Below are positions 47,584 to 56,484 of a stretch of DNA of 64,000 bases, piece by piece (within the stretch, counting starts at the first letter, position 1; each line of letters begins with the position of its first letter). The notes under the pieces were generated by a model, which worked only from the letters and a program-made list of their open reading frames with translations, was not told where the DNA came from and did no database searches. The stretch spans positions 4,015 to 68,014 of the forward strand of contig JAUYBG010000006.1 of NCBI GenBank assembly GCA_030693205.1. The letters are read 5' to 3'. The stretch comes from a bacterium (GTDB taxonomy: Bacteria; Patescibacteriota; Minisyncoccia; JAHIHE01). The position numbers and the translations under genes are program-made.

Positions 47584-49362
47584 TTATTCTCCCTCAACTT
47601 CTCCCAAGCTCTGCAAACTGAATAATCTATAATACAAACCCCGCTTTTTGATCAGGGCGCTATGTTTGCCTGATTCGACGATCCTTCCTTTGTCCAGCAC
47701 TAATATCTTATCCGCGTGCTGAATCGTACTCAAGCGGTGCGCGATAACAAAAGTGGTCCTGCCTTTGATCAATTTTTTAAGCGCTCTTTGCACCAGTAGC
47801 TCGCTTTTGGAATCCAGCGCCGAAGTCGCCTCGTCTAAGATCAATATCTTCGGATTTTTCAAGATCGCGCGGGCGATCGCCACTCTTTGCTTTTGTCCGG
47901 TGGATAATTTTACCCCTCTTTCTCCGACTTGCTGCGCGAGCTTATCGGGAAAATTATTTATGAACTCATCCGCGTGCGCCGCTTCGGCCGCCCGCCATAT
48001 TTCCGCGTCCGTCGCATCAAGTTTTCCGTAAATAATATTATTTTTCAGCGTATCGTTGAACAAGCTGATCTCCTGCGGCACAATGGCGATCTGGCTCCGC
48101 AAACTTTTTAAATCCAGATCTTGAACATCTGTTCCGTCAAGCATTATTTTCCCGCTGGCAGGAATATTGTAGCGCGAGATCAGATCCACCAATGTCGATT
48201 TCCCGACCCCGCTTTCACCGACCAAAGCGATCACTTGACCCGGCCTGGCTTTAAAATTTATATCTTCCAGCACCGGATTTCCTTTATTATAATTAAAATC
48301 CACGTCTTTAAATTCTATTTGGCCTTTGATCTTATTCAAAACTATCGCTCCTGATTTTTCATATGGTTCCAGGGGCTCATTAAATAATTTTAAAGCTTTT
48401 TTAACGACGCCTACCGAGCGCTTGAACCGTTCAAGATTTTGTGAAATTCGCCGCAAAGGATTAAAAATCAAGCTGCTGTACCCGATAACCGTAACTATCT
48501 CACCGATTGAAATCAAGCTGCGGTCTTTTAATAAAATCAAAACCCCGAATAATAAAATAGTGGTAATGCTAATAATGACCTGCTGATAAGAATCAAGCGC
48601 GCTCCACGCGTTAATAAAATCTTTATACCTCGCGTAGCTGGTATTTAAAGATTTTTTCGCTTTTTCGGTTTCGTATTTTTCATTCACATTCGTTTTTACA
48701 ACTTGAATATTGGCGATGGAATCATGCATAATCGCATCCCCTTCTTCATAAGAGCTGATCATCTTAAGCAGCGCGCCGCTAATGCTATTGATTCTGCTCA
48801 AAGTGATCCAAAGGTAAAAAACAATGGCCAGTCCCAAAAATAAAGCGATCCTCCATTCTATATTTAATATCACCAAATACACCAAAACGACTGTCAAAAG
48901 ATCGGAGCCAAAAACAAAAACTATATCCGTAATGATTGACTCCAAAAAATCGGATGCTCTTATGTATTTTGAAGCGAGTTTTCCCGTCTTTTGAGTTTTA
49001 TGAAAACTTAACCTCAAACGCATCACATAACTGTTCAGGTCGGCGATCAGATCAACCGCGCATTTTACGCTGATTTTTCCCCCTTCGCGCACCACATACC
49101 GATGAGCCCAGTCTTTAATAAAGCTTAAAACCAGCCAAATAAACAAAATCAGGGCAAAAACCGATATCCCTTCACCGTTGATGATCAAATCAATGATTTT
49201 TCCATAAATATAAGGAACAGCGGCTTCGATGGCGGAAGCAAAAAATGCCACGCAAAAAATGATATAAACCTCGCGCTTATATTTCGCTAAAAACCTCCAA
49301 ACGATTTTCAAATCATCAGCGAACTCCATAAAAAAATATTTTTTATTTTTTAACCAATTCAT
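47584..49362 (-). CDS. ABC exporter, fused TMD-NBD (MsbA/Atm1-like); start may be 49329
   Basis: Six TM; GESGVGKST, LSTGQKQR, ILDEATSALD, IAHRLST. Confidence 0.93.
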   Translation of the reverse strand: MNWLKNKKYFFMEFADDLKIVWRFLAKYKREVYIIFCVAFFASAIEAAVPYIYGKIIDLIINGEGISVFALILFIWLVLSFIKDWAHRYVVREGGKISVKCAVDLIADLNSYVMRLRLSFHKTQKTGKLASKYIRASDFLESIITDIVFVFGSDLLTVVLVYLVILNIEWRIALFLGLAIVFYLWITLSRINSISGALLKMISSYEEGDAIMHDSIANIQVVKTNVNEKYETEKAKKSLNTSYARYKDFINAWSALDSYQQVIISITTILLFGVLILLKDRSLISIGEIVTVIGYSSLIFNPLRRISQNLERFKRSVGVVKKALKLFNEPLEPYEKSGAIVLNKIKGQIEFKDVDFNYNKGNPVLEDINFKARPGQVIALVGESGVGKSTLVDLISRYNIPASGKIMLDGTDVQDLDLKSLRSQIAIVPQEISLFNDTLKNNIIYGKLDATDAEIWRAAEAAHADEFINNFPDKLAQQVGERGVKLSTGQKQRVAIARAILKNPKILILDEATSALDSKSELLVQRALKKLIKGRTTFVIAHRLSTIQHADKILVLDKGRIVESGKHSALIKKRGLYYRLFSLQSLGEVEGE

Positions 49363-50893
49363 CCGCCACCTTATAAATATCTCCCGCGCCCATGATCAAT
49401 AAAACATCACCGGGTTTGATTTTTTCATCGATCAATTTTCGAACTTCATCCAAATTTTTGGCATAAAAAATAGAATCGGATTGCAAAAAAACATTATTAT
49501 TGTCATTGCGAGCCCCGCTTGTCGGGGCGTGGCAATCTCTCAACTTGTTTGATAATCTGGCATTAGCCAGAGATTGCTTCGTCGCTTCGCTCCTCGCAAT
49601 GACAGCTTTTATATCTTCCGCCAGTCTTTGCGAGCTCACATTTTGATCTTTTTTTTCTTCTCTTCCTGCAACATCGAAAATTTTCGCCAAAACCAAAACA
49701 TTCGCGCTGTCAAAACTCTTCAAAAAATCATCGTAGAGCATTTTCGTCCGATTATGCTGGTGCGGCTGAAAAACCGCGACAATTCTTCGTTCGGGATAAA
49801 ATTCCCGTGCCGCTTCAATCGTCGACCTCACCGCTGTCGGATGATGCGCGTAATCGGAAATTACCGTTGCGCCGCGATATTCGCCTTTTATCTCAAATCT
49901 CCGCCAAATTCCGCCAAAATCAGCTAAGGATTTTTTTATTTTTTCCGCATCAATTTTCAAATGCAAGCCTGTTGCTATTGCGGCTAACGCGTTATAAACA
50001 TTGAATTTCCCGGGAAGTTTAATCACAAACTCGCCCAAATCTTTATCTCTATAATTTACTTTGAATTTTGTTTTCCCGTTCTCGGTTTTAAAATCATACC
50101 CCCTTACATCATTATTCTCGCCGAGACCAAATTGTATAATTTTCAGCTTTGCATTCGGACTTTTAACTTTTAACTTTAAACTTTCAACTTGCTTGTCGTC
50201 TCCATTCAAAATCAAAACTCCATTATCCGGCAAATGTCCAATAAATTCCTCAAAGGCGCTTCTGAAGTCTGCAATATCTTTATAGTAATCCGTATGGTCA
50301 AGCTCGATATTATTCAAAACGATAATTTTCGGATAATATTCCAAAAAATCACGCTTGTATTCGCAAGCTTCCGCAATAAAATAATGTTCACTGTTTATCG
50401 AGTTGCCAATTCTCAAATTTCCATCAAATTCCGGCACTTTACTCCCTACCACGACACTCGGATCCAATCCGCCGCCTGCCAAAACAAGGCCAACCATTGA
50501 AGTCACAGTTGACTTGCCATGCGTTCCGCAAACAGCAACACCAAATTTATCATTCAATAAAAACCCCAAAGCTTCCGGATAGCTCATAAGAGGTATCCTG
50601 TTTTCTTTAGAGGCTATCATTTCAACATTATCGTAAGCTATCGCAGGCGTATAAATAGCCAGATCCGCGTCCTTCGGCACATTTTCTTTTTTTTGGCCGA
50701 TAAAAATTTTTGCTCCCATTTTTTCTAGCTTTGCCGTAATATCGGATTCACCCAGATCTGAACCGCTAACCTTCTTGCCTTGCGCAAGCATAAGCTTGGA
50801 TATCGCAGAAATGCCAATTCCGCCAATTCCAATAAAATGAATTTTTTTTATTTTATCAAAATCTATTTTTTTCAACCCGTTAAAAATTCCCAT
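49343..50893 (-). CDS. murC: UDP-N-acetylmuramate--L-alanine ligase with in-frame repeat insertions
   Basis: IHFIGIGGIGIS, GTHGKST, EACEY, DH.DYY, RRFE, DYAHHPT, FQPH, MGAGDI. Confidence 0.95.
   Translation of the reverse strand: MGIFNGLKKIDFDKIKKIHFIGIGGIGISAISKLMLAQGKKVSGSDLGESDITAKLEKMGAKIFIGQKKENVPKDADLAIYTPAIAYDNVEMIASKENRIPLMSYPEALGFLLNDKFGVAVCGTHGKSTVTSMVGLVLAGGGLDPSVVVGSKVPEFDGNLRIGNSINSEHYFIAEACEYKRDFLEYYPKIIVLNNIELDHTDYYKDIADFRSAFEEFIGHLPDNGVLILNGDDKQVESLKLKVKSPNAKLKIIQFGLGENNDVRGYDFKTENGKTKFKVNYRDKDLGEFVIKLPGKFNVYNALAAIATGLHLKIDAEKIKKSLADFGGIWRRFEIKGEYRGATVISDYAHHPTAVRSTIEAAREFYPERRIVAVFQPHQHNRTKMLYDDFLKSFDSANVLVLAKIFDVAGREEKKDQNVSSQRLAEDIKAVIARSEATKQSLANARLSNKLRDCHAPTSGARNDNNNVFLQSDSIFYAKNLDEVRKLIDEKIKPGDVLLIMGAGDIYKVADELVKK
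49501..49604. repeat. TGTCATTGCGAG...CTCGCAATGACA palindromic element, in frame inside murC
   Basis: Perfect 12-bp terminal inverted repeats, inner gcaatctct/agagattgc pair and sub-hairpins. Confidence 0.9.
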
Positions 50894-51011
50894 ATTTATG
50901 CTATCGTTTATTGCCAAACCGCATTAAAAATAATTTGCATATTTCTAGCGGGTTAAATATTTTTATCATTGCTTATTAAATTATACCCCAAAACAAGTTT
51001 AAAATCAAAAT

Positions 51012-51040
51012 AAAAAGAGCCGGCTTACAGCGCTCTTTTT
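51012..51040 (-). terminator. Possible intrinsic terminator after murG
   Basis: aaaaagagc-cggcttacagc-gctcttttt. Confidence 0.55.
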
Positions 51041-51049
51041 ATTAAAAAT

Positions 51050-52156
51050 CTATTTTCCCAGTCTTATAATCTCCTCAGCGATCAATTGCGCCGCATCGAG
51101 CGACATTAATTGCCTGGCGGCGCGAATCATCTGAACTTGCTTTGATTTATTGTCCAATATTCCAAAAATAGCGTCATAAAGCATATTGGGCGTCAGGTTA
51201 GTTTCATCCAGCAACAACGCCGCGCCTTTGCTGCTGTAATAATAAGCGTTTTTTAATTGATGGGCGCCGGCAGAATTCGGAAGAGGAACTAAAACCACCG
51301 GCTTATTCAAATTGATTATTTCCGAAATATTATTTGCTCCGGCCCTGCTGACGACCAGGTCGCTTATGGCATAAGCATCCTTAAGATTGTCTAATAAAAA
51401 AGGATAAGGATGATAATCTTCAATGTTTGTCAGGCCAAAATCGGAAATTGTTTTTTTTACATCTTCATAATTATCAATCCCGCATACATGTATGACCTGA
51501 GCCTTCGTAACGATCTTAACTAGCGCCTCCAGCACTATATTATTAATTTTTTGCGCTCCTTGGCTTCCCCCTAATATCAAAAGCGTGGGTAAATCTCTTT
51601 TCAAGCCAAATTCTTCTATTGCCCGCTCTTTATCGCCCTGAAAAATCTCCTGGCGAACCGGATTGCCCGTAAGAATTATTTTCTTCCTGCTAAAATAATT
51701 TCCCGCCTCGGCAAAAGAAACCGCGATCCTGTTGGCCAATTTTCCTTCAATGGTATTTGCCAATCCCGCCACCGAATCAGATTCATGAATAATTATCGGG
51801 ATGCGGAAAAACCAGGCCGCTAGCACGACTGGAAAAGACGCATATCCGCCTTTTGAAAATACCACATCGGGCATAAACGAATAGACTTGGAAAAAAGCCT
51901 GAATTGCGCCAATCGGCAAGTTTATCAAATCAATAATATTATCAATTGACCAATATCTGCGCAGTTTATACGCCTTAATGGTCTTAATCGGGATACCGGA
52001 AATAGCGATAACTTCATTAAACGGACTATCACTGCCTATAAACAGAAAATTTGGTATTTCGTGAAGCGTACTTAATATTTCTTTTACTTTTGCGGCTACT
52101 GCGATAATAGGCATAATATGCCCTCCTGTTCCGCCGCCGGTAAATAATACTCTCAT
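51050..52156 (-). CDS. murG: Undecaprenyl-PP-MurNAc-pentapeptide GlcNAc transferase
   Basis: GGGTGGH, KGGYAS, HES...GLAN, TGNPVR, GGSQGA, SRAGA, HQ..NA. Confidence 0.96.
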   Translation of the reverse strand: MRVLFTGGGTGGHIMPIIAVAAKVKEILSTLHEIPNFLFIGSDSPFNEVIAISGIPIKTIKAYKLRRYWSIDNIIDLINLPIGAIQAFFQVYSFMPDVVFSKGGYASFPVVLAAWFFRIPIIIHESDSVAGLANTIEGKLANRIAVSFAEAGNYFSRKKIILTGNPVRQEIFQGDKERAIEEFGLKRDLPTLLILGGSQGAQKINNIVLEALVKIVTKAQVIHVCGIDNYEDVKKTISDFGLTNIEDYHPYPFLLDNLKDAYAISDLVVSRAGANNISEIINLNKPVVLVPLPNSAGAHQLKNAYYYSSKGAALLLDETNLTPNMLYDAIFGILDNKSKQVQMIRAARQLMSLDAAQLIAEEIIRLGK

Positions 52157-52250
52157 GGTAATAAGATAGTTAACATGCTTCTTTAACTACGAACAAGCAG
52201 AAAGCTTATCTCTAAAACTCTCTGCTTTTTTTGGGAATTTATTAGTTATT

Positions 52251-52607
52251 CTATTTCTTCTTGCTCGTTTTAATTTTTTTAGCCGCACGAGAAATATTTT
52301 TCCAATGTGATTTCATTTCTTCCGCAAACGTTGATAGTTCGGCCGCGCTAATATCTTTTGCGGCTTCATATTTTGGCTTAACTTCATCAATAATTTGATT
52401 GTACTTTTCCTCCGTCAAATCCTGGACTTTCTGGACTTTTTCAGCGGTTTCTTTTTGCATTTCCGCCATCCAGCTTTTAATTTTTTTTGCGGCTTTTTTC
52501 CTGTCTTTAGGCGAAGTTAAAAGATAAGCTGCTAGGGCTGCACCGGCTACTAATCCGGCTCCGACTAAAATTTTCTTTGTGTTGTCGCTATTTTGCGTCT
52601 TTACCAT
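52251..52607 (-). CDS. YtxH-like protein
   Basis: Gly/Ala-rich TM (GAGLVAGAALAAYLL.SP) followed by an amphipathic helical tail. Confidence 0.6.
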   Translation of the reverse strand: MVKTQNSDNTKKILVGAGLVAGAALAAYLLTSPKDRKKAAKKIKSWMAEMQKETAEKVQKVQDLTEEKYNQIIDEVKPKYEAAKDISAAELSTFAEEMKSHWKNISRAAKKIKTSKKK

Positions 52608-52624
52608 ATTTTTAATTTAATTAA

Positions 52625-52867
52625 TTATTTTTTTAAAAACTTGCCGACACCTTTAACAATTCCTTTTATTATTTTTCCGCTTGTAAGAGTCAGGTCATTC
52701 TCGAGCACTGTCAGTTTTTCTTCCAAACTGCCTTCGAGAGATTTCACTCGTTTTATAATAATAACCGCGTCCTGCAAAAAAATTATCGCGTAATATAAAA
52801 CCATGCTTAGTTCAACGGCTAATATAAGCAACAAAACCGCAATAAATAATAAAAGAAAATCTTGCAT
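52625..52867 (-). CDS. Small membrane protein (DUF948-like)
   Basis: N-terminal TM plus coiled coil, paired with the YtxH-like gene. Confidence 0.55.
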   Translation of the reverse strand: MQDFLLLFIAVLLLILAVELSMVLYYAIIFLQDAVIIIKRVKSLEGSLEEKLTVLENDLTLTSGKIIKGIVKGVGKFLKK

Positions 52868-52959
52868 ACGGCGCTAATAACGGTTAAATAAATACTTTAT
52901 AATTATACCGCATTTCTAAAATTAGTAAAGCCCTTAATTATTAGTCCGCTATTTCTTTC

Positions 52960-53166
52960 CTAGATCCCTATCCCCCTAGCCCAGCCGAAGATGTTCTCGA
53001 ATTGGTTGATGATCATCTGGATGATGGATTGGCGTTTGACCGGCGAGAGGACCGTGTAGTCGGAGGAGATGATGGTGTTGCCGAACTTGTCAGTGGAAGC
53101 GACGCGGAAGCGGTAGACGGTGCCGGGTTTGAATTGGGTAAGGACCACGATGTGGTTCGTGCCCAA
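52960..53166 (-). pseudogene. High-GC foreign fragment encoding the C-terminus of an Fn3-like protein
   Basis: Manual count 109/200 GC (52961-53160) within AT-rich flanks; NHIVVLTQFKPGTVYRFRVAS.D..GN is half an Fn3 domain. Confidence 0.75.
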
Positions 53167-53199
53167 ACCTAAAAATTTACATTTTTTCTTTCTTTTTTA

Positions 53200-53228
53200 A
53201 TTATACTACTTTTTCAGAATTATGCCAA
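53200..53228 (-). promoter_or_regulatory. Sigma70-type promoter upstream of the foreign fragment
   Basis: TTGGCA-17 nt-TATAAT. Confidence 0.55.
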
Positions 53229-53289
53229 GCATCACTTTATAGTTTTAGCTATCTCTTTTGAAAAATATTTTCCATATAAGATTTTATGT

Positions 53290-54399
53290 TTAATGAGATT
53301 TTCTTGGAGTATGGCTTGAAACATTCAATATTATCCCAACCCCGAACAAAGCAGTTGCTAGCGCAGACCCGCCATAGCTGATAAAAGGCATAGGAACTCC
53401 CGTCATCGGTATAAATTGCGTAATCGCGGCAATATTCATAAAAAACTGAATAACAAGAATAAAAGTAATTCCGGAAACCAATAATTTCCCAAAATTATCC
53501 GGCGCGTTCTTGGCTATGATAAAACACCGCCAAACAAATATTAAAAATAAAATGATCAACGCCAAAAGTCCCGCGAAACCCAGCTCTTCTCCGGTAATAG
53601 CAAAAATAGAATCGCCGAAAGGCTCGGGCAAATAATTATATTTTTGCCGGCTCTGTCCCAAACCCAGGCCGAATAATCCGCCTGAACCTATGGCAATTAC
53701 CGCTTGATTGATCTGATAGCCGGTATTCAACAAATCCGCCTTCGGATCCAAAAAAGTCACAAAACGTTGCAATCGATAAGGTTCAGTTTTAATAAAAACC
53801 GCCAAAGCGGAAATCCCCAAAATTATTAACGAAAAAACGTGAATTATTTTTGCTCCGGAAACATAATAAAGTGCCAGGGCGGACAGCGTAACAATGCCAA
53901 GCATTCCCAGGTTCGGCTGAGCAATAATAAGAACGCTTAAAATCGCTACGATGGCCAAAAATGGAAAAAGCGTCGCTTTGATATCGTTTATCTTGCTGCC
54001 TTTTTTATCAAGCCATGCCGCCAAATAAATAATAAAAAACATCTTAACAAACTCAGACGGCTGAAGCGTATAGGAACCAATAGTGATCCATCTTGCCGCT
54101 CCGCCATGATAAAAGCCCAGAGACGGGATAAGAACAACAACTAAACCAATAACGCTAACAACAAAAAGAATTGGGGATAATTTTATCCACCGGCGATAAT
54201 AAAATTTTAAAGCGAAAAGAAAAAAAATAATTCCCGGAATAATTCCGTAAATAAGCTGATGCTTGGCGTAGTAATAGCGATCGCCAAATTCCTGAAACCC
54301 TTTAATGACGCTAGCGCTGGCCACCATTATCAAACCAAACAGCAATAAAAGCAATACTGTTCCGATTAAAACGTAGTCTGGCCTGTAAGATTTAATCAT
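53290..54399 (-). CDS. ftsW: SEDS peptidoglycan polymerase FtsW
   Basis: GLIMVASAS, GAARWI, QPSEFVK, GYQINQA..AIGSGG..G.G, EELGF, TGVPMPFISYGGS. Confidence 0.93.
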   Translation of the reverse strand: MIKSYRPDYVLIGTVLLLLLFGLIMVASASVIKGFQEFGDRYYYAKHQLIYGIIPGIIFFLFALKFYYRRWIKLSPILFVVSVIGLVVVLIPSLGFYHGGAARWITIGSYTLQPSEFVKMFFIIYLAAWLDKKGSKINDIKATLFPFLAIVAILSVLIIAQPNLGMLGIVTLSALALYYVSGAKIIHVFSLIILGISALAVFIKTEPYRLQRFVTFLDPKADLLNTGYQINQAVIAIGSGGLFGLGLGQSRQKYNYLPEPFGDSIFAITGEELGFAGLLALIILFLIFVWRCFIIAKNAPDNFGKLLVSGITFILVIQFFMNIAAITQFIPMTGVPMPFISYGGSALATALFGVGIILNVSSHTPRKSH

Positions 54400-55820
54400 A
54401 AAACAGTCAGCTTTAATTTATCATAGACTTCCCGAATAATTAATTCGGCATCCGCCGTAAGATGATAATCAGCTGAAACAAACGACCCCGTAGATTCAAC
54501 TCGAGCCGCTTCGCTTTCCGGTTTTATCTTTCTCCCCTTTGCCGCCGCCAGAACAATAAGCTCATTTGGCGATTTTAAATCAAGAACAGAATACCCTGGC
54601 CGCAAAAAATTCAACTTGTCATTTTCAAGACAATAAACTCCTGCTTTTAATTCGCTGCTTGGAGCACACACCATTTTTTCTTTATTCCTTAAAACCAGCT
54701 GTGAACCGGAAATGGCTAAAACATTCTTGTTGGATAGATCTTTGGCTCTGGGATCAACATCATATTTTTCTCCTAAAAATTCAAGAAAATGCAAAGCGAT
54801 CATGGGAATTGCTAAATTTTTAATTTCCAGTTTTGTGTAAAAAGGTATGGAAGCGACAAATCGCGGATTGATCTCGATTAAATAAACATCTTCGTTTTTT
54901 TCGCTTATGATAAAATCCAAGCCAAAAATCCCTTTATATCCTTTTCCTTTAAGATACATCCCTATTTTTTTACCAATTCCGTTCATTTCATCCAGTGCCT
55001 TGGCTGAAACAGAAAGGACTCCCCAATCGTTTCCGCAAGTTGTGCCGAGATTATTCGTGCATAATTCTTCGCCGGTAATCTGATAGCACGGCTTACCCAC
55101 ATAAGCCCCCGATGAAGTAACACAAGCATTAACCGTTGCAGGAATGCCGCGAATAAACTTCGAAACTTTTACCATAAAAGATTTTTTGCCGGACGGATTG
55201 CGAAAAAAAGTATCCATTAACCTGCCGTAGTCATCTTTGCTTCTGATAAAAAAAGTGGAACTGCCGGCATAACCGCTTTTAAGCTGAATGACGAAATAAT
55301 CGTAATATTTTTTCAACTCCCAATAACTGATGCGCCCGAAATCTATCGTTTCCGCGTCGGGAGTTCTTATGTGCAAACTTTTGGCGATAAACAAGAAATT
55401 GAACTTATCCTCGATCTCTTTCGACAAAACTGTCGTGTTGTTCAAAAATTTCCAATTATTTTCCAAAGCGATCTTTTCGGCCGCCAGTGACGGCTTGAAT
55501 ACGACCACTGCCGCTTGCACGCCCGGCGGAGTGTTTTCCTTTATATATTTTTTAACCGATTCTTGGCCCAGCAATATCGCGGAACTCCTAAGGATCACGT
55601 TCTTCTTGCCAAATTCTTTTTCCAGACAAAAAATTTTTGCGCCCGCCTTTTCCAGATAGTCCACTTCGTCATCATAATCAATGCAAATAATGTGGTAGTT
55701 GGGAATAATATTCTCCAAACCTATGCCTCTGTCAACAACGTTTGAAACATAAAAAATCGGAGTTTTTGAACCCTCAAAAATCTTTTTTATGTCAGCTAAA
55801 TTGTTTATTGTATATGCCAT
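54396..55820 (-). CDS. ATP-grasp ligase of unknown specificity
   Basis: EDK, VIQ...GYAGSSTF, SKFI.G, KGIFGLDF, YLIEINPRF; ATGA overlap with ftsW. Confidence 0.85.
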   Translation of the reverse strand: MAYTINNLADIKKIFEGSKTPIFYVSNVVDRGIGLENIIPNYHIICIDYDDEVDYLEKAGAKIFCLEKEFGKKNVILRSSAILLGQESVKKYIKENTPPGVQAAVVVFKPSLAAEKIALENNWKFLNNTTVLSKEIEDKFNFLFIAKSLHIRTPDAETIDFGRISYWELKKYYDYFVIQLKSGYAGSSTFFIRSKDDYGRLMDTFFRNPSGKKSFMVKVSKFIRGIPATVNACVTSSGAYVGKPCYQITGEELCTNNLGTTCGNDWGVLSVSAKALDEMNGIGKKIGMYLKGKGYKGIFGLDFIISEKNEDVYLIEINPRFVASIPFYTKLEIKNLAIPMIALHFLEFLGEKYDVDPRAKDLSNKNVLAISGSQLVLRNKEKMVCAPSSELKAGVYCLENDKLNFLRPGYSVLDLKSPNELIVLAAAKGRKIKPESEAARVESTGSFVSADYHLTADAELIIREVYDKLKLTVL

Positions 55821-55919
55821 ATATTAAATTATATGAATATTGATATTCTATCATTTTTTTAGGAAAAAAACAAAAAATGCGCGAAAACTAAAATTAACCT
55901 GCAAATTAAAAAAGCGGCC

Positions 55920-56381
55920 CTAAAAGAAAATTTTTAACGCGCCCAAAGTAACTCCCAGCACCAAAAATCCAGCGATAATAATTCCCGCGCTGATTAAAGC
56001 CAGCGCCCGACAAAAAGGAATTCCGAAAAGAAACGCGATTATCGCGGCTGTCCATGCGCCAGTCATAGGCAGCGGAATCGCCACAAACATAACTAAAGCC
56101 AAACTGCCCCAATTCTCGTGTTTTTTATAATAATTCTTTCTCGTTTTCAAAAGAACTTTCCATAAAAACCGCTTTAAAAAAGGCAAACGCCTCGTTAAAA
56201 TTTTTACCGCAGGACATAAAAAGCGAATAAGCAGCACCGCAATGGCGATATTGCCTGATATTGACCAAAACAGCGCGTTCGCCGGCGACATTTTATACAC
56301 GCCAATAGCCAGCGGTATAGCCGCGCGCAGTTCGCCTATCGGCGTCATTGCTGTTAAAAATGTAGCTAACTCCTGATTCAT
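55920..56381 (-). CDS. Small multidrug export-like membrane protein (COG2426)
   Basis: MTPIGELRAAIP, GN, FVAIPLPMTGAWT. Confidence 0.85.
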   Translation of the reverse strand: MNQELATFLTAMTPIGELRAAIPLAIGVYKMSPANALFWSISGNIAIAVLLIRFLCPAVKILTRRLPFLKRFLWKVLLKTRKNYYKKHENWGSLALVMFVAIPLPMTGAWTAAIIAFLFGIPFCRALALISAGIIIAGFLVLGVTLGALKIFF

Positions 56382-56484
56382 AAAATAAAATATTAATGAT
56401 CAAGTTGCGAAATGAATTGCATTATACTATCGAATAATAATTATGCGGTCATGGAATTACTTTAAATAAGTCTAAATTTTAAAT

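Noticed and set aside
52960-53166. DGR template repeat
   Set aside because: No reverse transcriptase and no matching variable region with adenine-specific mismatches was seen in the window; the fragment is Fn3-like and not AAC-rich.
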